Below are positions 48,130 through 59,154 of a stretch of DNA of 64,000 nucleotides, in pieces; within the stretch, counting starts at the first letter, position 1, and every line of letters starts with the position of its first letter. The position numbers were made by a program, and so were the translations under genes. A model generated the notes under the pieces. It was not told the origin of the DNA. It worked only from the letters and a program-made list of their open reading frames with translations, and ran no database searches. Origin of the DNA: an uncultured Actinomycetes bacterium. GTDB lineage: Bacteria > Actinomycetota > UBA4738 > HRBIN12. Where the stretch lies: the NCBI GenBank assembly GCA_963706005.1, contig CAVPLL010000010.1:251670-315669 (forward strand), given 5' to 3'.

Positions 48130-50128
48130 CCGGCGAGCGGCGGGCCATCCTGGTGCTCTCCGCCGTGTGCATCGGGCTCCTCGGCGTGACCGCGTGGGCG
48201 CTCGCCACGCGGAACGCCGGGACGGCGTCCTCGAACGAGCGACCCGTCTACTGGGTGGCGACCGACGGCGACGACGCGGGCACCGGGACCCGGGACGAGC
48301 CGTGGGCCACGCTCCAGCACGCGGCGGACGCCGCGCGTCCGGGCGCCACGGTGTACGTGCGCGCGGGGGTGTACGCGCAGCGTGTCGACCTGCGAGCCTC
48401 GGGGACGCCCGGACGACCGATCACGTTCGCGGCGGCACCGGGTGAACGGGTCGTGCTCGACGGTTCGTCGCTCGAGGTCCCCGCCGGGCAGAGCGCCATG
48501 ATCGCGATCGACTCCGCAGCGCTACCTCACGATCAGGGGGTTCGAGATCACGGGGTACCGCAGCGACGTGTCCGGGCATGTGCCGATCGGGATCCTGGTG
48601 ACGGGCGCCGCCGACCACATCCGGCTCGCCGGCAACGTCGTCCGCGACATGGGGACGACGTTCCAGGGCCGGAACGGCGGTGACGCGCACGGGATCGCCG
48701 TGTTCGGCACCGCCGGCGACCACCCGATCGAGGAGGTCGAGATCGTCGACAACGAGCTCGCGAACCTCACCCTGGGTTCGTCGGAGGCGCTGGTCGTGAA
48801 CGGCAACGTGACGGACTTCCGCATCGACGGCAACCGGGTCCACGACACGAACAACATCGGGATCGACGTGATCGGCTTCGAAGGTACGGCGCCCGACCCG
48901 ACGGTCGACCAGGCGCGGGACGGCATCGTGCGCGGCAACGAGGTGTGGAACGTCGACAGCTACGGCAACCCCGCGTACGGGTACAGCCGCAGCGCCGACG
49001 GCATCTACGTCGACGGTGGCCGCGACATCCTGGTCGAGGACAACACGATCCACGACGTGAACATCGGGATCGAGCTCGCCAGCGAGCACGCCGGGCGCTC
49101 CACCAGGAACATCACGGCACGCAACAACCTCGTCTACGACTCGACGGCGATCGGGATCGCGATCGGAGGGTACGACCGGCGCCGGGGGAGCACCGAGGAC
49201 TGCGTCATCGTCAACAACACCGTCGTGAACACCGACGGCGTCGAGCTGCTCGTACAGTTCGACACGCGCGACAACGTGATCGTGAACAACGTCGTCGTCG
49301 TCGGGTCCGCGGCACGTCTTCGTCGCGAACCCCTACCGCGAGAACGTCGGCAACGTGCTCGATCACAACCTCTACTTCGCCGTCGACGGGAGCCCCGCCG
49401 GCACGTGGCAGTGGAAGGGCGTCGGGTACGGCGGGTTCGACCGATGGAGCGCGCGGTCCGGGAACGACCGCCACTCGATCTTCACCGATCCCGGATTCGT
49501 GGATGCGGCAGCGCACGACTTCTCCCTCCGAGCGGGTTCGCCCGCGGTCGACGCGGGGGCGTTCCTGGCCGCGTCGGGCGCGACCGACCTCCGCGGGGAG
49601 CCCCGGGCGCAGGCGGGTGGGATCGACCTCGGGGCCTTCGAGGTGACGGCGCCGCCGCCGTCCCCGACCCCGTCGATCCCCCGACCCGTCACGTACGCGG
49701 GCGACCTCGCCTGGCTGCGGGCGAGCAACGGGTGGGGACCGCCCGAGATCGATCGGAGCAACGGCGAACGCCCCCCCGACGACGGTGGGCCGATCCGGAT
49801 CGGGACCGCGGCGTTCGACCACGGGATCGGGGCGCACGCGCCGTCGCGGATCGTCGTGGACCTGGAGGGCCGGTGCTCGCTCTTCCTCGCCGACGTGGGT
49901 CTCGACGAGGAGGTGGGAGACCGGGGCTCGGTGGTGTTCGAGGTGTGGGGCGACGGCGAACGCCTCGCGGTGAGCGGCATCGTGCGCGGGCCGCAGGCCG
50001 CGGTCCCGATCGCGGCCGACCTCCAAGGGGTGGAGCGGATGACCCTCGTGGTGACGCCCGGCGGGGACGGAACCGGCTTCGATCACGCCGATTGGGGGAA
50101 CGCTCGCCTCGCGTGCACGATGGGCTGA
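48126..50128 (+). pseudogene. Exported right-handed beta-helix (pectate-lyase-fold) protein with C-terminal NPCBM-like module; 2 frameshifts (about 48518, about 49305)
   Basis: N-terminal TM/signal region. YWVATDGDDAGTGTRDEPWATL. Repeated NxxVxDxxxxGI beta-helix rungs. C-terminus LRASNGWGPPEIDRSNGE...FDHGIGAHAPS...ADVGLDEE...FEVWGDG. Confidence 0.7.
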
Positions 50129-50140
50129 GCGGCGTCGCGC

Positions 50141-51151
50141 TCAGCCGGCGCCTCCCTCCGTGAGCAGGGCCAGCGCCTCCGCCATCGTGGGTTGCCCGTC
50201 CACGCCGCCGAGGGCCCGGGTCGAGAGCGCCCCGCACGCGTTCGCGACTGCGAGCGAGCGCTCGAGCGGGTCGCCGGCGAGCCGGGAGGCGAGGAACCCG
50301 GCGTCGAACGCATCGCCGGCGCCGGTCGTGTCGAGCGCGCCGACCTCCGTCGCGGCGGCGCGGACGAGCCGCCCGCCCTCGGCCGCGACGGCGCCGCCGG
50401 CGCCGGCCTTCGCGACGACGAGTGGCGCGATGTCGGCGAGCGCGAGCACCGCGGCGTCGAGCTCGGCCACGCCCGCGATGCGGGTGGCCTCGGTCGCGTT
50501 CGGCAGGAAGACGTCGGTGTCTTCCAGGACTTCGTGGAGGCCGCCGTCCCATCGCTCGGACGGGTCCCAGTTCGGATCGACGGACGTGGTGGCGCCCCGA
50601 GCCCGGACGCGCTCGAACAGCACCGGGAGCCCGGGAGCGAGGCGCGTCTGCAAGAAGAAGGAGCTCACGTGCACGTGCCGTGCGCGTTCGAGGAGCGTCG
50701 GGTCGATGAGGTCGGCCCGCAGGTCGGCGATCGTCCCCGCGTGGGTCAAGATCGCGCGGTCGTTCGGATGGGCGAGCACCACGGTCACCCCCGTCGGCCG
50801 GCCCGGGTCGATGACGAGCCCGGCGAGGTCCACGCCACGGCGTTCGAGCTCGTCGCGCATGAAGCGGCCGAACGCGTCGTCACCCACGACGCCGCAGAAC
50901 CCGACGCGGAGCCCGAGCCGCGCGGCGCCGCACGCGAGGATCGCTCCGGAGCCGCCCACGCTGAGGCGTGCCTCGTCGACGAGCCGCTCGGCCTGCCCGA
51001 ACGCGGGCTCGACGTCGCCGGTCAGCACGAGGTCGGGGTTCGCGTCGCCGAGGACGAGGAGGTCGAGCGGGCGGGCGGGGTCGAGCGGGCGGGCGGGGTC
51101 GAGCGGGCGGGCGGGGTCGAGCGGGTGGGCGGGGTCGAGGCTGTCTGGCAC
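50141..51151 (-). CDS. pfkB-family sugar kinase with repeat-encoded N-terminal extension
   Basis: LLVLGDANPDLVL and C-terminal TTGAGDAFDAGF. The N-terminus (PARPLD)n is encoded by the 18-bp tandem repeat. Confidence 0.85.
   Translation of the reverse strand: MPDSLDPAHPLDPARPLDPARPLDPARPLDLLVLGDANPDLVLTGDVEPAFGQAERLVDEARLSVGGSGAILACGAARLGLRVGFCGVVGDDAFGRFMRDELERRGVDLAGLVIDPGRPTGVTVVLAHPNDRAILTHAGTIADLRADLIDPTLLERARHVHVSSFFLQTRLAPGLPVLFERVRARGATTSVDPNWDPSERWDGGLHEVLEDTDVFLPNATEATRIAGVAELDAAVLALADIAPLVVAKAGAGGAVAAEGGRLVRAAATEVGALDTTGAGDAFDAGFLASRLAGDPLERSLAVANACGALSTRALGGVDGQPTMAEALALLTEGGAG
51061..51140. repeat. 18-bp tandem repeat GGTCGAGCGGGCGGGCGG x4.4 (in-frame, 6 codons per unit)
   Basis: Three perfect copies, one copy with a single substitution, and a partial copy, all read directly. 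Confidence 0.9.
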
Positions 51152-51157
51152 GAGCGG

Positions 51158-51163
51158 ACGATA
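51158..51163 (-). promoter_or_regulatory. Putative -10 box TATCGT, 6 nt upstream of GTG 51151 (leaderless-type)
   Basis: TAnnnT-N6-GTG geometry. Confidence 0.35.
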
Positions 51164-51340
51164 GCGGAGCCTTCCGAGCGCGACTTCTTCGGGCGGCTCG
51201 ATAGGGAACTCGATACGGGAAACGGTATCGGCCGGAGGGCGGGAAGATGCTGCCCACCCTCACGGGCCTCGCGTGGTGGACGGACGGTCGGCCGCTTACG
51301 CTGGGTCCGAACGCACCCCAGACACCAGCGGAGGCCACGG

Positions 51341-54300
51341 GTGGCTCGAACCGCGCAGGACGGACCGGGGACGGGAGCGCTCGCGGCGGCCCACGCCACG
51401 CTCTCCCCCCTGGCCCTGCACGCCCTGCTGCCGGCCGGCGCGCTGGTCGGCCGACCGGTCGAGGTGACCGCGATCGAGCAGGAGCTGGCCTCGGTCGCGG
51501 CGGGCCGGCTGGCCGGCGCGACCCTCGAGGGCGAGCCCGGCATCGGCAAGACCCGCCTGCTGCTCGCGACGGGCGAGATGGCGACGGCCCGCGGGTTCAC
51601 GACGATCGCGGTGACGGGTGACGAGGAGCTCCGCGGGCCGTTCCTGGTCGCGCGCTCGATCGTCGGGTCCGTCGAGGCGATGGAGGCGGCCCGCGGGCGC
51701 GTCCGCCGAGGAGACGCTCGGGCGCTGCATGGACGCCATGACCGGGCAGGACGACCCGAGCCTCGCGAGCCTGCCGCCGGACCGCAAGCTCCTGCGGACG
51801 CTGGATCTCGGCGCCGTCGCGATGCGCGACCTCGCGGCGATCCGGCCGGTCGCGTTGCTCGTCGACGACCTCCAGTGGGCCGACGACGACAGCCTGCGGC
51901 TGCTCCGCTACATCGTCCGCGCCGACGCGGCGAGTCCGATCTTCCTGCTGTTCGCGATCCGGCCCGAGGAGTTCGCGCTCGTGACCGAGGCCGTCAACCT
52001 GGTCGCGGACATGGAGCGGGTGGGGCTGGTCCGCCATCTGCGCCTCGACCGCTTCAGCCAGCCCGAAACCAAGGCGCTCCTGCAGCAACTCCTCGGCGGG
52101 ACCGTGAGCGCGTCGAGCGCCGCCGCGATGCACGGGCAGTCCGAGGGCGTCCCGTTCATCGTCGAGGAGATGGCGCACGCCTACCGCGACGGCGGGATGA
52201 TCCAGCAGATCGACGGCGTCTGGACGCTTGCCGGCAACGCCGAACGCCTCGTCCCCTCGGCGGTCCGAACGCTGATCTCGCGCCGCGCCGCCCACCTCCC
52301 CGAGGACACCAAGGCCGCGCTCGCCGAGGCGGCCGTGCTCGGACGCAACTTCAGCCTCAAGGACCTGCGCGAGGTCCGGCTCCGCGTGGACGAGCAGCAG
52401 GTGAGCCTCGAGGAACTGGCGGCATCGCTCGCGCCGGCCGTGGCCGCGGGCCTGCTCGTCGAGCACGACGAGCGCTCCGCCGCCGACTATTCGTTCCCGC
52501 ACGACCAGATCCGCGAGTTCGCATCCGCCGGCCTCTCGGCACCGCGCCGGCGCGCGATCCACGCGGCGATCGTCGACCTCCTGCTCCTGGGCGATCCATC
52601 GCCGGCCAGCCTGCCCCTGCTCGCGCAGCACGCGAAGGCCGCGGGCGACGCCGAGATCTGCGTGCAGGTTCTCGCTCGAGGCGAGCCGCATGGCGCTCGA
52701 CGCGAACGCCCCCGAGGAGGTCCTGCGCGTCGTCGAGGTGGCGCTCCCGTCGGCCGCCGCTCCGACGGAACGGGTCGACGCTCCTCGAGGCCCGCGATCG
52801 CGCGCTCGAGATGCTCCGCCGTCCCGAGGACCGGATGCAGGGCCTCGCCGAGCTGTCGGCGCTCGCCGGAGCCCTCGGGGACACGAGGCTCGAGCTCGAC
52901 GTTCGCCTCCGCCGGGCCGCGACGCTCCGGATGCAGGAGGAGGAGGAGCGGGCCGCGACCCTCGCGCGGGAGGTCCGCGAGCTCGCGGCGTCGAAGGGCG
53001 ATGCGGCGACCGAGCTCGCCGCGTGCATCGAGCTCGGGCAGGACCTGCTCAAGAGCCCGCTCGGCGAGGGCTACATCCCGCCCGCGCGCGAGGTCGACTT
53101 CGACGGGGCCGAGGAGGCCTACCGCCGAGCCGCCGAGCTCGCGAAGGAGCTCGGGGACGACGCGAGCCTGGCCGCCGCGCTCCGCGAGCAGGGCGTGATC
53201 GAGCTCGGCCGGGTGCGGGAGTGGTTCGTCGACCGGATCCTGACCAACGAGCAGCTGCCGGTCGTGCGGCGCATCGCGGCCGGCGAGTCGATCGACGACA
53301 TCCTGCCGGAGCTGCCGATCGCGCCGGCCGCCGAGGAGGCGGGGCGGGACTTCCAGGAGGCGCTCGAGCTGTTCGAACGCCTCGGCGACCGGCGCGGCGC
53401 GATGTCCACGATCATCGCGATGGGGTACCTCAGCTGGGCGGCCGACATCCACCTCGGCTCCAACGCCGCCCGCCACATCGAGGAGATCCGCCGCCTCACG
53501 TTCGCGATGCGTGCGTTCACGAACGAGAGCGAGCGCGTCGCGTCCGAGGCGCAGATGCTGTACGGCGTCCACGTCTTCGCGCGCGCGAAGGTGATCCCCG
53601 ATCTCGCCGTCTCGCGCGGCGAGGAGGCGTACGAGAAGGCGCGGGAGATCGGCGACCGGTCGCTCGAGTTCCTGGCGGCCGGCGGGACCGCGCTGGCGCT
53701 CTTCGACCTCGGCGAGGTCGACGAGGGCGGGCCTGGCTCGACCGCGCCGCCGCGACCGCGATCGGGGCCCGACGCCGCTCCGGGCCCGCCGGCTCGAGAC
53801 CTGGCGCGGCCTCGCCGCCGCGGGCGCCGGCGACGCCGAGCAGATGCGCGGCATCTCGAGCGGGCGGTCGAGCTCGCGGCCGACCAGGGCCGGCCCGCGG
53901 CGCGCTGCGAGGCCCTGGCGCTGCTCGCGATCGAGGCCGCCCGCCTGGGTGCCGAGCGGAGCGACCAGGCGCTGCTCGACGTCGCCGAGCGCGCGGCGAG
54001 CGAGGCGGCGGCGCTCGCACCGAACCTGCCGGGCATCCGCCCTGGCGGGCCCAGGCCGACGCGGCGCTCGCTCAGGTCGCGCTGGCCCGCGGCGACGGGG
54101 ACGGCGCGCTCGAGCCGCCGCGGTCGGCGATGCGACGCTGGAGGCCGCGCTGCGGGAGGACCTGTACCTCGAGATGGTCACGCCGGTCGCGAGCGTCATG
54201 CCGCGCACGGAGGCGCCGGAGCGGCGAGCAGCACTGCGAGTACGTGCAGCGGTCAGCTCGCGATGATCGCGCAGCGCACGCTCGACGAGGACGTCCGGGT

Positions 54301-54583
54301 TCGGTGGTTCCGCGGCCCCGTCGGCCGCGAGCTCTCGTCGCTCGCGGATCGCTCGAGACCGCGCTGGTCGGCGACGGCAACGGGCGAAGGTGCAACCGGA
54401 CGACGCGGAGACCGCGTTGCTGCGGCTGCCTGATCGCAGGGCCGGACCAACGCCGAGATCGCCGAGGAGCTCGGGATCGACGAGAACGAGGTGGTCCGGC
54501 AGCTCGGCGAGCTGTTCGCGCGGCTCGGCGCCTCGTCGCGCGCGGAGGCGACCGCGTTCGCGCTCCGGGAGCGCGTCGTATGA
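51341..54583 (+). pseudogene. LuxR-family STAND regulator (AAA ATPase + TPR-like + GerE HTH), at least 6 frameshifts
   Basis: Walker A GEPGIGKTRLL and Walker B LLVDDLQWADDDSL. Long helical-repeat region. C-terminal NAEIAEELGIDENEVVRQLGELFARLG. Segments are spread over all three frames (ORFs 50192..54433, 51618..53198, 52690..55506). Confidence 0.8.
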
Positions 54584-55330
54584 GCGAGGGTGCCCTGATG
54601 CTGCGGGCGCGGGTCGATCGGCACCGCTGCATCGGCGCGGGCAACTGCATCACGATCGCGCCGACGGCGTTCGACTGGCTACCCGGCGAGCTGCTGAAGG
54701 CCGGCGTCGTCGACGCGAGCAGCGTCGAGGAGGAGCTGCTGCGCGAGGCCGTGCTCGCCTGCCCGACGCGGGCGATCGTCGTCGAGGAGGTCGAGGACCT
54801 CCTGCCGTGGCAGCTGCGCGGCAAGGCGGCGCCCCGCCGGGTCGAGAAGACGTTCATGTTCACCGACATCGGCGGCTCGACCAACCTCGTCGAGGCCCTC
54901 GGCGACGAGGCGTGGCAGAGGCTCCTCCAGTGGCACGACGAGACGCTCACGGCGCTGTTCGCGGCGCACCGCGGCGAGGAGGTTGTCACGACCGGCGACG
55001 GGTTCTTCGTCGGGTTCGACTCGCCCGACGATGCGATCGCGTGTGCGATCGCGATCCAGCGCACGCTCGCCGAGCATCGGCGCGCGCACGGGTTCGCCCC
55101 GCAGGTGCGCATCGGCGTGCACGCGTCGCGGCGCGACGCAGGTCGGGCGGAACTACCTCGGGCAAGGGCGTGCACGAGGCGAGCCGGATCGCCGGCCTGC
55201 CGAGGGCAGCGAGATCGTCGCGAGCAAGGCGACGGCGGCGGGCTCGCGGTTCCCGGCGTCGGAGCCCCGGACCGTGACCCTGCGCGGGACCTCGGAGCCG
55301 GTGGACGTCGTCACGGTGGAGTGGCGCTGA
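54580..55330 (+). pseudogene. Ferredoxin (3Fe-4S/4Fe-4S single-cluster type) fused to a class III nucleotide cyclase domain; about 3 frameshifts at 55125-55200
   Basis: RVDRHRCIGAGNCITIAPTAFD...ACPTRAI. Then FMFTDIGGSTNL, TTGDGFFVGF, RIGVHA, GKGVHEASRIAGL and EIVAS in shifting frames. ATGA overlap with the LuxR stop. Confidence 0.7.
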
Positions 55331-55486
55331 GGTCGCGGACGATCGCCCCGTCCGTTCGGCGAACCCATGTTTGGGCACCGACATCTGCGAGGATCCGGTC
55401 GATATCGAGATCGGCATCCGGACTCGATCCGAGGAACGACCCGGACGGGGCGGAGCCGTGGGCGTCGAGAGCGGCCCGACGATCGT

Positions 55487-58400
55487 TCAGCCGAGCGCGT
55501 CGATGAAGGCGCGGGTCGACGCCGAAGCGGGGACGTTCCCCTTGCGCTCGTACATCGCGAGCGCTTCGCCCGCGGCCGCCGCTGCCTCCGCGGCCTTGCC
55601 GGCCGTGCGGAGCACCTTCGCGAGGTCCATCCACGTGTCCGCCTGCGAAGTTCGGCGCCTCGGCGTCCGCGGACAGCTCGACGGCTTCCCGAGCCAGGCG
55701 CTCCGCCTCGGCGAGCTCGCCCCGCGCGACGAGCACGAGCGCACGCGCACATCGCCCTGCCGTCTGCGACGCCAGATCGTCCTCGGCGGCGACGCTGAGG
55801 GCGATCTCCGCGTACCCCTCGGCCTCGTCGAAGCGTTCGAGCGCGCACAGGGCCAACGCGAGGCTCGCGGCCGCCGTCGACTTGTGTCCCTCGTCGCCGA
55901 GCTCGTCGAGGAGGTCGTAGTTCTCCCGGAAGGCGCGTTCCGCGGCGGGCGCGTCACCCGCGTAGAGCTCGAGGTTGCCGAGCGCTCCCGGTTCGCGGCC
56001 ATGTCGAACCGCAGGCCGAGCGATCGCGCGATCTCGTACGCGCCGTCGAGCATCCGCCGAGCCTCGTCGAACGATCCTTCCATCCCGAGGTAGCACCCGC
56101 GCGAGATGAGGGCGAACGCCTCCATCTGGCGACTGCGCGGGAGGTCCGCGCTCAGCTCGTCCAGCGCGTGGATCCCCTCCTCCGGTCGTGCGGTGCCGAA
56201 CATCGGGGCAGCGATCGCGTACAGCAATGCGGCCGCGATGATCCGTTCATCGTCGCTGCGTCGCGCATGGTCGATCGCGCGACGAGCGGCGATCTCGCGC
56301 GCGGTCGTACCTGCACGGCATCCACTCGATCTGCGCGAGCTCCGCCCAGACCGTCGCGAGCGCCGCATCGTCGCCGAGCACCTCGAACACGCGGACCGCG
56401 TCCTCCAGCTCGGAGCGGAACTCCTCGGTGGGTTTCGCCGTGCGGATCCGTAAGCATCTGGGTCGCGGAGCGCCGGATCCGGGCCAGCCACTCCAGCGTT
56501 CGGTCGCCGGCGTCCGAGGCGAGCCCGATGGCCTCGTCGAAGGCCGCGAACGCCGGCTGGGCCTCGCCCACCCATCCGAGAGCGTTCCCGAGGTCGAACA
56601 GCAGACACGCCCGCTCGGCTCCCCGGGCGGTCCGACGTCGACGCCACGACGGAGCAGGTTCGCCGCGGCGACGTGATCACCGCGGCCGGACGCGCGTCGC
56701 CCGGCGGATGCGAGGCGCGCCGCGGCGCGCACCCCGACCGCCTCGGAGCGCTCGTCCGGGGGACCGAGCTGCGTCCGATACCCATGAGCCTGCTCGAGGT
56801 GGTAGGCGACGATCTCCTCCTGCTCGGCGACGGCGTCGCCGGCAACGCGCTCGAGCCAGTCGGCGAATCGCTCGTGCATCTCGGCGCGCTGCGACTTCGG
56901 GATGGCCTCGTACGCCGCGTCACGGATCAGCAGGTGTCGGAACCGGAACGCGTCCTCTCCGGGAAGGGTCGTGCGCTCGGGACGGATCAGCTCCTTGCGG
57001 ACGAGCGCCATGAGATCTCCGGGCACGCGCGAGCGCGACCCCTCGTCGACGAGGTCTCGGACCGCGCCGACGAAGAACTCCTTGCCGACGACGGCGGCGG
57101 CCTCGAGCACCACGCGCTCTTCGGGCGTGAGGCGATCCAGACGCGAGGCCAGCAGCGCCTGGATCGAGGGCGGGACGGTCAGGGTGGACAGGTCGCCGGC
57201 CGCGACCCACCGGTCGTCCTCGCGGACGACCAGCCCATCGTCGATCGAGCATCGCCAGGGTCTCCTCGACGAACAGCGGGTTCCCCTCGGCCGTCCCGAC
57301 GATCCGCTCGGCGACCTCGTGTCGGGAAGCCGGTCGAGCCGAGCAGGTTCGCGATCAGTGCCGCCGACTGTTCCTCGCTGAGCGGCTCGAGCGACACGGT
57401 CGCGGCGTTCAGCTTGCCTCCGCCCCAGCCCGGACGGACGTCCAGCAGGTCGGATCGTCGCCATGCAGAGCAGCAGGATCGGCGAGCCTCGCGACCAGTC
57501 CGCGATGTGCTCGACCAGGTCGAGGAACGTCGGCTCGCCCCAGTGGATGTCGTCGAACACGAGCACGAGCGGACGCTCGCGCGCCGACGCCTCGAAGAAC
57601 CGTCGGATCGCCCAGAAGGTGTCCTCGCCGGCCGCTGCATCGGCGACGCCCATCAGCTGCGAGACGCGCCGGCACAGCGAGCTCCTGGTGCTCGTCGCCC
57701 TCGAGCACCGAGCAGACCTTGGACTCGCACGACCTCCGGCAGGTCGAAGTCGGCCAGGCCGGCCGCCTGCTTCACGGTCTCGACGACCGGGAAGTACGTG
57801 ATGCCCTCGCCGTAGGGCAGGCACCGGCCGCGGAGGATCCTCGCCCGCTCGCCGACGAGGGACAGGAACTCCTCGACCAGGCGGGACTTGCCCGACGCCC
57901 GCCGGCCCCAGGATCGTGAAGAGCTGGCACGCCTCGTCGCCCTCGGCCGCGTCGAAGGCCTGCCGGAGCTGGGCGAGCGGCCGCTCCCGTCCCACCATCG
58001 GCGAATCCAGGTGTCGTGGGACCGCCGACATCACCTCGCGGACACCGAGCAGACGCCAGGCCGGGACCGGCTCGGCCTTGCCCTTCAGGTCGAGCGGTTC
58101 GACCGCCTCGGCCTCCACGGCGTCGCGCACGAGGCGATAGGTCGGGTCGCCGAGCAGGACCTCGCCCGGCGCCGCGTGCTGTTCGAGGCGGGCGGCCACG
58201 TTGACGGCGTCACCGGTCACGAACGCGGGGTCGGCTGCCGAGACCCCCGCGACGACCTCCCCGGTGTTCACGCCGATCCGCACCTGGATCGTGACGCCGC
58301 GGTCCCGCTCGAGCTCCTTGTTCAGGGTCGCGAGCCCTTCGCGCATGTCCGCCGCCGCCCGCGCCGCCCGCAGGGCGTCGTCCTCGTGCAGCTGCGGGAT

Positions 58401-58685
58401 GCCGAACACGGCCATCACGGCGTCGCCGATGAACTTCTCGACCGTGCCGCCGTGACGCTCGATCGCGGCGCGCATCGCGTCGAAGTAACGGGACTGGACG
58501 TCCCGGAGCGATTCGGGGTCGAGTCGCTCGCCGAGCGCGGTCGAACCCGTGACGTCGCAGAAGACCACGGTGACGGTCTTGCGCGTCTCCCGGCCCGGCG
58601 AGGCCGCCGCGAGCGGGGCCCCGCACACCGGGCAGAACGCGAAGTCCTCAGGGCTCTCTCGGCCGCAGTTCGGGCACGTCGGCAT
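55487..58685 (-). pseudogene. Second zinc-ribbon/cyclase/AAA-ATPase/TPR regulator (paralogue of 19300..22866), many (at least 8) frameshifts
   Basis: CPNCGRESPEDFAFCPVCG, TVVFCDVTGSTAL, GDAVMAVFG, disrupted Walker A ILGPAGVG..., LVFDDIHWGEPTF, and a TPR-like tail ending ...ALAMYERKGNVPASASTRAFIDALG*. Confidence 0.8.
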
Positions 58686-58766
58686 CGGCGCGAGCCTACG
58701 GCGGGGGACCGGCGGATGCTAGCGGTGGCCTCGTCGCCCGCCCGGCCTCGCCGCGGCCGTGGTGCC

Positions 58767-58772
58767 TAGACT
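58767..58772 (+). promoter_or_regulatory. Putative -10 box TAGACT, 9 nt upstream of ATG 58782 (leaderless-type)
   Basis: TAGACT-N9-ATG geometry, identical to the one at 25344. Confidence 0.4.
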
Positions 58773-58781
58773 GGTCGGGTC

Positions 58782-59153
58782 ATGGACGGCACCTCACGAC
58801 CCGAGGTCATCGTCGATCTCGACTTCGAGCGCGGTCTGCTCTTCCTCGTCGTCCGCAACATCGGCGACCGCCCCGCGCTCGAGGTCCGGACCACGTTCGA
58901 TCGCAAGCTGCTCGGGCTCGGAGGCAGCAGGGACGTCGCCGCCTTGCCGCTGTTCCGGAACATCCCGTTCCTCGCACCGGCCAAGGAGATCCGGACGCTC
59001 CTCGACTCGGCGGGCTCCTGGTTCGCGCACCGCCGGGCGACGAAGATCACCGCGCGGGTGTCCTACCGAGACCCGAACGGCGAGGACTACCGTGGGACGA
59101 TGCGGCACGATCTCGAGATCTACCGCGAGCTCGCGTACGTGAAGGGGGAGTGA
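58782..59153 (+). CDS. Hypothetical protein (123 aa), first gene of the tail-tube operon
   Basis: Balanced composition and high GC3. The stop lies 1 nt before the next start. No domain recognised. Confidence 0.6.
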   Translation: MDGTSRPEVIVDLDFERGLLFLVVRNIGDRPALEVRTTFDRKLLGLGGSRDVAALPLFRNIPFLAPAKEIRTLLDSAGSWFAHRRATKITARVSYRDPNGEDYRGTMRHDLEIYRELAYVKGE

Positions 59154-59154
59154 G

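Noticed and set aside
51061-51140. Possible CRISPR array
   Set aside because: The units are contiguous 18-mers with no spacers, lie inside a coding region in-frame, and no cas genes are present.
50192-54433. 1413-aa + ORF as one giant protein
   Set aside because: Its first ~1 kb is antisense to the pfkB kinase. The rest alternates between genuine LuxR-STAND segments and Arg/Pro junk. It is a chimera created by open frames, and the real gene starts near 51341 and hops frames.
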